Part shown: positions 19,047 through 26,621 of the stretch, piece after piece
Layout of the letters: the number at the start of each line of letters is the position of its first letter
Numbering within the stretch: position 1 is the stretch's first letter
Source of the DNA: Candidatus Yanofskybacteria bacterium
Lineage (GTDB): Bacteria; Patescibacteriota; Minisyncoccia; 2-02-FULL-40-12; GWA2-44-9
DNA length: 64,000 bases
Direction of reading: 5' to 3'
Assembly: GCA_016185505.1 (NCBI GenBank)
Contig: JACPNL010000019.1
Coordinates: 2,885 to 66,884, forward strand
Translations under genes and position numbers: made by a program
The notes under the pieces: model-generated
Seen by the model: the letters and a program-made list of their open reading frames with translations, nothing else
The model's database searches: none
What the model was told of the DNA's origin: nothing

Positions 19047-19346
19047 GTGGCGACCATTTCTAAATTTGAGGACCTGATTTGCTGGCAAAAAGCCAGAGAG
19101 TTGGCCAATTTTATATTTGATATTACAGATAATGCTCAATTTAGGGACTTTGATCTTAAGCGCCAGATCAGACGTGCGGCAATTTCACCGATGTCTAATA
19201 TCGCGGAAGGTTTTGACAGAGGTACGAGAGGAGAGTTTGTTGATGCCTTGTTTATTGCTAAAGGAGAAGTTGGTGAAGTAAGATGCCAACTTTATATTTC
19301 AAGCGATAGGCGATATATCGAAATGTCTAAATATCGAAATTTCTGA
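19047..19346 (+). CDS. Four-helix-bundle protein of the 23S-rRNA-IVS / Avd-like family (TIGR02436-type)
   Basis: MATISKFEDLICWQKARELANFIFDIT...IRRAAISPMSNIAEGFDRGTRGEF matches the family signature (DL.vWQKA.EL; R.A.Si..NIAEG). It is flanked on both sides by ATATCGAAAT palindromic repeats (19003-19046 and 19312-19345). Confidence 0.7.
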   Translation: MATISKFEDLICWQKARELANFIFDITDNAQFRDFDLKRQIRRAAISPMSNIAEGFDRGTRGEFVDALFIAKGEVGEVRCQLYISSDRRYIEMSKYRNF

Positions 19347-19350
19347 CCTA

Positions 19351-19380
19351 TTGACAAGGTATAGGGCGGTATGCTATACT
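19351..19380 (+). promoter_or_regulatory. Strong sigma70-type promoter TTGACA-N18-TATACT driving the downstream non-coding RNA block
   Basis: TTGACAAGGTATAGGGCGGTATGCTATACT. The predicted transcription start is near 19387. Confidence 0.55.
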
Positions 19381-19386
19381 GAAAGG

Positions 19387-19530
19387 GATGCTGGAGGATG
19401 GCTAGTCACGCTTCACGGCTGGCGGCCTGCGAAAGCAAGTCCTCGCAGCAGGTGTTTGAATCGTCGGGCAGATACGGCGTTCGTCAGGGTGGGGGTTCTG
19501 GGGACTCCCGGGGCCTCCACCCGCCCTTTT
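19387..19530 (+). ncRNA. Unassigned ~140-nt structured small RNA with its own intrinsic terminator (SRP-RNA-like features are speculative)
   Basis: GC-rich against an AT-rich genome and no credible ORF. Contains the GNRA hairpin UGCGAAAGCA and ends in the terminator GGGTGGGGGTTCTGGGGACTCCCGGGGCCTCCACCCGCCCTTTTT. Confidence 0.3.
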
Positions 19531-19589
19531 TCAATCTTGGCCTCGCGAAATTGGTTCATCCTGAGCTTGTCGAAGGGTGGCTCAATTCC

Positions 19590-19950
19590 GCGAGGCCTGG
19601 AAACATTGAGAAATGGGAGATGTCTCCGGGGTAAAGGTCGAAAGACCCTCCGGAGTAGGTCTGGTTCAAGCCCAGACCCAGTGCCTCGCCGCGTTCTTTC
19701 CGGCACAAGAGGGGTGGAAGTCGGGAAGCAGTACTGTACTACTGTTGCCATCCCGTACCTAGTTGAATCAACCGGGGGAACGATGTGCAGATCGTTCCTC
19801 CTCGCTACCAGGTTTATCAAGTAGTGGTTCAAGATCAGCTTGACAAGTCTGGTAGCGAGGCCGATAAAAAGTCGCTGGATGGCGACTGGCTGGCCAGTAA
19901 CAAATCTGGTCTTCGACGTTCGGGGTTCGTGTTGGAGCCTCGGCCTCGCT
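19590..19950 (+). ncRNA. rnpB: Candidate RNase P RNA (divergent type-A-like)
   Basis: Motif matches in the collinear order of E. coli M1 RNA: GAAAGACCC (cf. GGAAAGUCCGGGC, P4 5' strand); CCAGUGC; AGAGGGGUGGAAGUCGGGAAGCAG (cf. AGGGUGAAAGGGUGCGGUAAGAGCG); GCUGGCCAGU (cf. GCUGGCCUAG); ACAAAUCUGGUCUU (cf. ACAGAACCCGGCUU, J18/2 plus P4 3' strand, complementary to AAGACC). Possible P1: CGCGAGGCC / GGCCUCGCG. Boundaries are approximate. Confidence 0.35.
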
Positions 19951-19986
19951 CGTTCTTTCAATAAAAACTTGTGTGTGGACGGCTGT

Positions 19987-20068
19987 GGACGCTTAGCTCA
20001 GCGAGAGAGCGCCGGGGAGGTCTTAGTGACCGAACTGGAGGTTGGAGGTTTGATCCCTCCAGCGTCCA
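19987..20068 (+). ncRNA. tRNA-like element (perfect 7-bp acceptor stem plus T-arm; no canonical anticodon arm)
   Basis: GGACGCT...GGAGG-TTTGATC-CCTCC-AGCGTCC-A. A D-arm is possible (GCTC/GAGC), but the ~34 nt between the D and T arms do not form an anticodon stem. Confidence 0.35.
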
Positions 20069-20135
20069 TCAACCAAACCAAGCTCCGCTTGAGCAGCACT
20101 GCTCGCGGAGCCAGATACCATTCGGTATCTGACCA

Positions 20136-20170
20136 GTCCCGCATCGCATGGTGCGGGGTTTTTGTTTTTA
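20136..20170 (+). terminator. Rho-independent terminator closing the ncRNA block
   Basis: CCCGCATCGCATGGTGCGGGG followed by TTTTTGTTTTT. Confidence 0.6.
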
Positions 20171-20474
20171 ACGAGAGGTCTGGCCGCGGGTATATGGCAT
20201 CAGCGCCATATACCTTGCGAGTTTGACGGCTTGGGCTATCATTCGCTGATGGGAACTGCAAAGTTTGTTCCTTCGGGATGCGCCGATCTTGAATTGAGAC
20301 GTGACAAATTTCCGCAAAAAGCGGGTATTTTTATAATCAACTCTATTTATGTTGTCCTGACAGAAAATACATTGCATGTTTAGAAACAAGCGACAAGAGA
20401 CAAGATACCAAGTAAGCAAGTAAGAATAATTTACGGTTTCACTACTTGGTCGCATGTCCCTTGTTTCTTGGTTG

Positions 20475-21014
20475 CTAGAACGGGAGGTCTTCTTCTTTTA
20501 TCTTAACCTCATCTTCCTCAATCCCGTACGAAACAGAGGCGCGCTGCGAGCCCTCGCGGTTTCGTTCGGAATCAACACCGCTTGATACCGGGTCGTTGGC
20601 GTCTATTATGGGGATATCGTCGTCCTTGACAGGCGTTGGGCTTACTCGATTTGGTTGAATATCTGACACCGTTGCGTTTGCGTTTCCCATTCTTGGCCCA
20701 AGTTGAAGTCCTTCAGCCACTATTTCGGTTGTGTATCTCTTAATATTATTTTGGTCGGTCCAACTTCTTGTCTGAATTCGCCCCTCTATCATTACTAGTC
20801 CGCCCTTTTTCAGGTATTGATTGACTATCTCGCCCAAGCGCCCCCAAGCAACAACTCTGTGAAATTCAGCCGCTGTTTGTTTTTCTCCATTTTTGTCTGT
20901 CCAGGCCCTATTCGTCGCCATATTCAAAGTCGTGACGGTCTGACCGGTTTGGGTTGAGCGCATTTCCGGGTCTTGGGTTAGGTTGCCTATCAAAAAGATT
21001 TTATTCAGATTCAT
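20475..21014 (-). CDS. ssb: Single-stranded DNA-binding protein
   Basis: OB-fold N-terminus (LIGNLTQDPEMRST...) and an acidic C-terminal tail ending DLPF. Confidence 0.9.
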   Translation of the reverse strand: MNLNKIFLIGNLTQDPEMRSTQTGQTVTTLNMATNRAWTDKNGEKQTAAEFHRVVAWGRLGEIVNQYLKKGGLVMIEGRIQTRSWTDQNNIKRYTTEIVAEGLQLGPRMGNANATVSDIQPNRVSPTPVKDDDIPIIDANDPVSSGVDSERNREGSQRASVSYGIEEDEVKIKEEDLPF

Positions 21015-21117
21015 ACGCTTACGCTAGTACCGCTGAGTTAACGCTGATTTTTACGCTGATTCGACGCTGACTATCAGCGACTTATCGGCGTACCTATCAG
21101 CGACCCATCAGCGGTCT
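21015..21117. promoter_or_regulatory. rpsF-ssb intergenic array of CGCTGAT / ATCAGCG repeats (candidate operator)
   Basis: On the top strand there are 4x ACGCTGA(T/C) and then 3x ATCAGCG(A/G) in inverted orientation: TACGCTGA, AACGCTGAT, TACGCTGAT, GACGCTGAC, TATCAGCGA, TATCAGCGA, CATCAGCGG. Confidence 0.4.
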
Positions 21118-21546
21118 TTATAGGTTGCCTATTATGTCTTCAAGTTCCTTATCAAGCTCCTTGCTTTGTTCAGGCGTTGGTTTTTCTGCCGGTTTCTCGG
21201 GCGCAACTCTTGGTTTTTGCGGTTTGAACCTGAATTTAACTTTGCCCGTATCGGCCGGTACTTTGACTGTTAAGTGCCGCAGAATGTCATTGTTAAGCCG
21301 CATCTGCTCGTCAATAATAGCCATTCCTTCCTTGTTGTCAAGATTGAAATGGACATATCCGAAATATGCCTGATTTTTGTGTTTGATGGGGTAGGAGAGA
21401 CGGGTTTTTTCCGGTTCCTTTTTAAATGAAACAACCCCTCCGGCAGAGGTTATGTAACTCTCTATATTTTGCGCCAACTGTCGCGTTTGCGCCTCTTCAA
21501 GATCAGGATTTACGTGGAAGGCAAGTTCGTAAATTACACTCTTCAC
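21118..21546 (-). CDS. rpsF: 30S ribosomal protein S6
   Basis: S6 homology (MKSVIYELAFHVNPDLEE...) with a charged C-terminal extension. Confidence 0.9.
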   Translation of the reverse strand: MKSVIYELAFHVNPDLEEAQTRQLAQNIESYITSAGGVVSFKKEPEKTRLSYPIKHKNQAYFGYVHFNLDNKEGMAIIDEQMRLNNDILRHLTVKVPADTGKVKFRFKPQKPRVAPEKPAEKPTPEQSKELDKELEDIIGNL

Positions 21547-21714
21547 TTATGCTTGTGGCTTTAGTCCGACAGATAGGCAATAGAAGTTGCGCTAATGGGT
21601 ATTCTGTCGAGTTCCAAAGCCATTGTTTAATGATGTCGGCATGTTATCAGTTTGGTCTCTGGTTGTCAAATTGTCATTGAGTAACCCAAGGTCACTAAAT
21701 TACGGTTTATTTTA

Positions 21715-22797
21715 TCATATCTTTATCTCAACGACATCCCCCTCTTGGATAATGTGGTCGCGACCCACTGTTTTAAGAAGTCCTTTGCTACGCGTTACGC
21801 TCCACGCGCCACTTTCCAATAAAGTTTTCCAATTTATCACTTCGGCTCTGATGAAGAGTTTTTCAAAATCGGTATGTATGGCGCGGGCGGCTTTTGGTAT
21901 CGGGTCGCCGATATGAGCGGTCCAGGCGCGGGTTTCGTCTTCGCCGGTGGTCAGAAAGGTGACCAAGCCGAGTGTCCTATAGCTTTGTTTTATTAATTTA
22001 TCCAAACCAGATTCTTTGATATTAAAAGTGGTTAGGTATTCTTTTTTCTCATCCTGTGTGGCTTCGGACAGGATTAACTCAAGCGGAGTAGATAAGACCA
22101 CATACTCTCTACCATTGATGGCCTTTAGTAAATTATCATCCGTCTGCCATCCGTCGGCAAGCTGCTTTTCTGAAACATTAAGTATGTAAATTACTTTTTT
22201 AGCGGTAAGCAAGTTTAATTCTTTGGCTAAATCAATCTCTTCTGATTTTATGATACTATGATATATCATAAAATTTGAATTGAGGGTTTCTTTAAACTTT
22301 TTAAGTATTGCCAACTCACTTAATGCCTTTTTGTTTTCTGACTTTGTCTCCTTTTCCGATTTTTCCAATCTCTTAATGACCGTTTCGAGATCAGTCAATA
22401 TTAATTCTGTGTTTATTATATCAATATCTTCAGCTGGATCGATTTTATTATGAATATGAGTGATATTCTTGTCGTCAAAAACCCTTACCACGTGAGCGAT
22501 AGCATCTACTTCCCGGATATTAGCGAGGAATTTATTACCTAAACCTTCGCCTTCCGCCGCGCCTTTCACCAGACCGGCGATGTCAACGAATTCAATGGTC
22601 GTATAAACCTTCTTTTTTGAACCGGACATCAAAGCAAGTGCGTCAACTCTTTCATCGGGTACGGCAACAACGCCGACATTCGGGTCAATGGTAGTGAACG
22701 GATAATTCTGTATATCCACTTGTTTGTTCGTCAGGGCCTTGAAAAGGGTTGATTTACCGACATTGGGAAGGCCGACAATTCCTATAGATAAAGCCAT
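21715..22797 (-). CDS. ychF: Ribosome-binding ATPase YchF
   Basis: [24 protein letters not shown]1 motif plus a TGS domain; 360 aa. Confidence 0.9.
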   Translation of the reverse strand: MALSIGIVGLPNVGKSTLFKALTNKQVDIQNYPFTTIDPNVGVVAVPDERVDALALMSGSKKKVYTTIEFVDIAGLVKGAAEGEGLGNKFLANIREVDAIAHVVRVFDDKNITHIHNKIDPAEDIDIINTELILTDLETVIKRLEKSEKETKSENKKALSELAILKKFKETLNSNFMIYHSIIKSEEIDLAKELNLLTAKKVIYILNVSEKQLADGWQTDDNLLKAINGREYVVLSTPLELILSEATQDEKKEYLTTFNIKESGLDKLIKQSYRTLGLVTFLTTGEDETRAWTAHIGDPIPKAARAIHTDFEKLFIRAEVINWKTLLESGAWSVTRSKGLLKTVGRDHIIQEGDVVEIKI

Positions 22798-22829
22798 AGC
22801 AGGAGTAATTTTATGATATACTTTGAAAT

Positions 22830-24248
22830 ATGTCTAACATATTTCGAGCATACGATGTAAGGGGAGTTTATCCCGACGAACTGAATGAAGAAATTGCGGG
22901 CAAAATTGCCGCTGCTGCGGTTAAATTTTTGAATGCTAAAAAACTGGTAGTAGGGGAGGATGCCAGAATTTCTTCGCCGACGATAAGGGACAAGGTTTTA
23001 AGGGGTATTGTTGCGGCTGGCTGCGATGTTCATTATATCGGCCGATGTACAACTCCGCTTTTTTATTTTTCGGTCAATAACCTTGATGTTGATGGTGGAA
23101 TTATGATTACCGCTTCTCACAATCCACCCGAATATAACGGTCTTAAAATAGTAGGCAAAAAATCAAAGCCGATAAGCGGAGATTCAGGATTAAAAGAAAT
23201 TGAGAAACTGATAGAAATTAAGCCAATAAAGCCCCGTGGGCCACTGGCCTTTACGGGGAAATTAAGCGGACTTCGCAAGTCCATTGGACTTGCGAAGTCG
23301 TTAATCAAAGAAATATCGCTTAACAAAGAATATGTAGATTTTCTGCTCAGCGAATCAAAGGATATTCCCGATAATGGCAAAGATCTCAAAATAGTGATAG
23401 ATGCGTCCAATGGCATGACACCGCTTGTGCTGAATGAACTTTTGCCAAGAACAAAACTCAATGTTTCGCCTTTGTACTTTCAAATAGACGGTACGTTTCC
23501 CAATCATTTGTCCGATACTTCCCGTGAAGAGAACTTGAAAGACCTGAAAGACAAAGTTATTGCCGAAAAAACAGATGTCGGTATCGCCTTTGACGGAGAC
23601 GGTGACCGGATGGCTGTAGTGGATGAAAAAGGAAATATTGTAAGGGCGGATATAGTCGCCGGCCTGATATACAAACATTTTTATGACGGCGATAGGGTTG
23701 TATATGACTCTAGGTTTTCAAGAGCGGTCAGAGATATTTTTGGAGCCAGCGGTATAGCAACAAGGACTGGCCATTCTTTTGGCAAAACAGCAATGAAACA
23801 GAATGATGCCGCTTTCGGCGGAGAGCTTTCCGGCCACTTCTTTTTTAAGGAAATGCTTTACGCCGATGCGGCGATATTGGCGATGCTTCGGCTTGTGGAA
23901 ATGTTGGCAACAGAGAACAAGCCATTATCCCAACTAGTTGCTCCTCTGCTTATCTATGCCAATTCGGGGGAGATAAATATACCACTACCAATTACGAATC
24001 AGTACGAATATACAAATCTACAAATAAAAATTTTAGAAATGTTAAAAAATAAATATCGAGACGGTAAACAGAGTTTTTTGGACGGGATTACGGTAGAGTA
24101 CTGGGACCCCGACGCTCCGGTCGGGACAGGCTGGTGGTTCAATGTGAGATTCTCCAACACAGAACCGATAGTGAGAGTCGTTGTTGAAGCAGATACACAA
24201 GAATTAATGGAAGAAAAAGTTAAAGAAATAACTCAACTTTTACAGTAG
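22830..24248 (+). CDS. Phosphomannomutase / phosphoglucomutase family protein
   Basis: Active-site ITASHNPPEYNGLK and Mg-binding FDGDGDR. Carries an in-frame TACGAAT-family repeat at 23991-24025. Confidence 0.85.
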   Translation: MSNIFRAYDVRGVYPDELNEEIAGKIAAAAVKFLNAKKLVVGEDARISSPTIRDKVLRGIVAAGCDVHYIGRCTTPLFYFSVNNLDVDGGIMITASHNPPEYNGLKIVGKKSKPISGDSGLKEIEKLIEIKPIKPRGPLAFTGKLSGLRKSIGLAKSLIKEISLNKEYVDFLLSESKDIPDNGKDLKIVIDASNGMTPLVLNELLPRTKLNVSPLYFQIDGTFPNHLSDTSREENLKDLKDKVIAEKTDVGIAFDGDGDRMAVVDEKGNIVRADIVAGLIYKHFYDGDRVVYDSRFSRAVRDIFGASGIATRTGHSFGKTAMKQNDAAFGGELSGHFFFKEMLYADAAILAMLRLVEMLATENKPLSQLVAPLLIYANSGEINIPLPITNQYEYTNLQIKILEMLKNKYRDGKQSFLDGITVEYWDPDAPVGTGWWFNVRFSNTEPIVRVVVEADTQELMEEKVKEITQLLQ

Positions 24249-25298
24249 CCCCATTTTCTCTTTCACTTCAGTGAGGGTTTTGTCGGCGAGTTGTCGGGCT
24301 TTTTCTTCAGATGACTCAAGTATTTGGATAACTTTCTTTGGGTCATCTTCAAACTCCTTTCTTTTTGCCTGAAACGGTTGGAGGAAATTAACTACGACTT
24401 CGGCCAGGTCATTTTTGAAGTCAACGTAGGATTTGCTTTCGTATTGGTTTTCTATTTCCTTAATACTTAATACTTGCTTCTTAATACTATCTTGGGAAAG
24501 TAGGTGATAGATGGTGAGCAAATTTGAAATTGCCGGCTTTTCTTTCTCGTCGTATTTAACTTCTTTGTCGGAGTCGGTAACGGCTTTCTTTGTTTTTGCT
24601 CGAATAATATCCGGAGTATCAACAAGGAAAATACAACTTTCGTCTCCCGCTTGTCCTGAGCTTGCCGAAGGGGTTTTAGACATCTTCTGTGTCGGATCTT
24701 TGAGCGACATTATGCGGGCACCCTCTGCTAAATGCGGCTTTACTGGCTCAAACACCTCACCAAACATAGAATTGAATTTCTTGGCGATTTCATTGGTTAG
24801 ATCTATGTGGGGTAACTGATCTTCACCGACGGGGACGAGATTTGATTTATAAATCAAAATATCGGCCGCCATTAAAACCGGGTAATCTAACAAGCCCACA
24901 TGATTATATTTAGGCGCTTTGGCTAGCTGTTCCTTATATGTTGGCAGGCGGTCTAACCAACTGACCGGCGTAACCGTATTGAAAAGCCACGCGAGTTCCG
25001 TGTGTTGGGGGACTTTTGACTGGCGGATTAGCAATGCTTTGTCGGGGTCAATTCCCGCGGCGAGATAATCCAAAACCACATCCATTATCTGCTGTTGGTA
25101 TGTCTTGGGATCGTAAGGGGTAGTGATTGCGTGGTAGTCAGCAACCATAAAAATTACCTGTGCGGGCTTTGCTGTGCCCTCCGAAGCTTTATGCGAAGGA
25201 GGGTCCTGCAATTCCATCCAATTCTTTATCGCCCCGAGATAATTGCCAAGATGTAATTTCCCGCTCGGACGGATGCCCGAAAATACTTTTAATTTCAT
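24240..25298 (-). CDS. trpS: Tryptophan--tRNA ligase
   Basis: Class I HIGH-type motif (GKLHLGNYLG) and a KMSKT motif, with typical TrpRS N-terminus and length. Contains a small low-complexity insertion, SASSGQAGDES. Confidence 0.85.
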   Translation of the reverse strand: MKLKVFSGIRPSGKLHLGNYLGAIKNWMELQDPPSHKASEGTAKPAQVIFMVADYHAITTPYDPKTYQQQIMDVVLDYLAAGIDPDKALLIRQSKVPQHTELAWLFNTVTPVSWLDRLPTYKEQLAKAPKYNHVGLLDYPVLMAADILIYKSNLVPVGEDQLPHIDLTNEIAKKFNSMFGEVFEPVKPHLAEGARIMSLKDPTQKMSKTPSASSGQAGDESCIFLVDTPDIIRAKTKKAVTDSDKEVKYDEKEKPAISNLLTIYHLLSQDSIKKQVLSIKEIENQYESKSYVDFKNDLAEVVVNFLQPFQAKRKEFEDDPKKVIQILESSEEKARQLADKTLTEVKEKMGLL

Positions 25299-25356
25299 AA
25301 TAAGTATTATATACTAAATTTTAGTTTTTTACAGTTTAATAGCGAGGTAGGGAAAG

Positions 25357-25788
25357 GTGGTAAAAATTCCCAAGATAGTCCAGAAAGAAATCGAGCTTCT
25401 TTTAAGAGGTAAACGAAAAACCAGGAAAGAGCCGATACAAGTTAACCGCGAAGAGTTAGTGAAGAGAGCATTAAAGGTTATTGAACTTATAAATGAAATT
25501 GCTCGGATAGATCTTGTTAAAAAATACTTAGCCCTAATGGACATCAAGATTTTTGGCCATCATCCGTGGAATATTGTTATTACTGGCCTTGGAGCAATTC
25601 CTGGTTGTTATGCCAGATTTGATATAGACAGGTACATGGAACATAAGAGGGATTATGTTGAGATGAAGAATAGAGATTCTTTTCACTTTTGGAGCATAGA
25701 CGAACTCGATCGATTTTCCAGTTTAACCGAGAGACAAATATGGAAAATAATTCTTGAATGGGTTCAAGCTCATCGCGAAAGAATTTAA
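25357..25788 (+). CDS. Hypothetical protein
   Basis: 143-aa ORF in an AT-rich islet. No family recognised. Confidence 0.45.
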   Translation: MVKIPKIVQKEIELLLRGKRKTRKEPIQVNREELVKRALKVIELINEIARIDLVKKYLALMDIKIFGHHPWNIVITGLGAIPGCYARFDIDRYMEHKRDYVEMKNRDSFHFWSIDELDRFSSLTERQIWKIILEWVQAHRERI

Positions 25789-25880
25789 CTCTCTATGCAC
25801 ACAGTATACTAGCGGGCAACTAAGCTCGCTTTTGTTTTTTATTATTCGCTACTCCGCCTCACTACCTACCATATTTGCTA

Positions 25881-25914
25881 TTACACAAATTTATCATATG
25901 ATAAATTTGTGTAA
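25881..25914. repeat. 34-bp perfect palindrome TTACACAAATTTATCAT|ATGATAAATTTGTGTAA
   Basis: Exact reverse-complement symmetry. A near-identical 42-bp perfect palindrome, CTTATTACACAAACTAATCAT|ATGATTAGTTTGTGTAATAAG, lies at 26539-26580 on the other side of the ORF at 26051. Confidence 0.6.
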
Positions 25915-26050
25915 TCAAAAAAGAGATGAAAAGAAAACAAGTTTTTGCAAATAAACTTCTTAAGGTCCTTGTTGTCGGAGGAGAGTAGTTACTATCGCGG
26001 CAGTTAACCCGTTCTTCGGTCTTCTGGCTGCTAAGGTAATTGAAGAGGAG

Positions 26051-26500
26051 TTGAAAAAGAGAAAGTGGCAAAGATTTAGACGGGACTTATATTACTTAAA
26101 GCGTCGGGGCTTTATTGAAGCTAATCAAAATCTAGACGGTTCCTATTTGGTAAGGGTTACTTCTACCGGAAAGCGGCAGGCCAGGAAATACGAGTTGGAT
26201 GATATTGTCATAAAGAGTCCTAAAAGGTGGGACAAGCAATGGCGGTTAGTAATGTTTGATATTCCAGTTGTCAAACAAAAAGGAAGATTGGCTCTGTTGT
26301 CTAAATTGAAAAATCTTGGATTTATAATGCTTCAGAAAAGTATTTGGACGCATCCTTTTGAATGTCAGAACGAAGTCGCTGTTTTGGCTAGGGCTTTTGA
26401 GGTTGATAAGTACGTTCACCAACTTACTTGTGATAATATTTCAGCAAGAGAATATTTAAAGAATGAGTTTGAAAAAAGAAACAACACAAAATTGAGTTAA
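26051..26500 (+). CDS. wHTH plus Cas2/VapD-like-fold protein (PaaX-like architecture?), hypothetical
   Basis: N-terminal winged-helix-like region (LYYLKRRGFIEANQNLDGSYLVRVTSTGKRQARKY), then WRLVMFDIP...GRLALLSKLKNLGFIMLQKSIWTHPFE, which resembles the Cas2 beta1 / loop / GxxxQxSVF pattern. Confidence 0.45.
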   Translation: MKKRKWQRFRRDLYYLKRRGFIEANQNLDGSYLVRVTSTGKRQARKYELDDIVIKSPKRWDKQWRLVMFDIPVVKQKGRLALLSKLKNLGFIMLQKSIWTHPFECQNEVAVLARAFEVDKYVHQLTCDNISAREYLKNEFEKRNNTKLS

Positions 26501-26538
26501 AGATTAGCATTACCTTTTGTTAATTAAACCAGTTAAGT

Positions 26539-26580
26539 CTTATTACACAAACTAATCATATGATTAGTTTGTGTAATAAG
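26539..26580. repeat. 42-bp perfect palindrome, partner of the one at 25881
   Basis: CTTATTACACAAACTAATCATATGATTAGTTTGTGTAATAAG. Confidence 0.6.
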
Positions 26581-26621
26581 TAGTCAGGTAAAGAGGTAAG
26601 AGGCGATAAGAATATTATTGG

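Noticed and set aside
19987-20068. Canonical tRNA gene
   Set aside because: The acceptor stem, possible D-arm and T-arm are fine, but no 5-bp anticodon stem can be drawn in any register and the T-loop reads TTTGATC (T rather than C at position 56). Kept only as a tRNA-like element.
19387-20170. tmRNA (ssrA) interpretation of the structured RNA with its 3' tRNA-like end
   Set aside because: There is no G3-U70 alanine identity pair in the acceptor stem and no recognisable tag reading frame ending in ...AA-stop. The 5' acceptor strand sits only 50 nt from the T-arm rather than at the RNA 5' end. An ~780-nt length is far beyond tmRNA.
19047-20170. Complete diversity-generating retroelement (Avd-like gene present)
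   Set aside because: No reverse transcriptase ORF lies anywhere nearby and no template/variable repeat pair was detected; the upstream gene is recA, not a variable target.
19351-20261. ORFs 19351-19824 (+), 19398-19634 (+), 19413-19961 (-), 19840-20226 (+) and 19998-20261 (-) spanning the GC-rich block
   Set aside because: They overlap on both strands with no RBS or start context. The translations are Arg/Gly/Pro-rich, typical of a high-GC non-coding artefact, and the region is full of long-range complementary stems. Treated as structured RNA instead.
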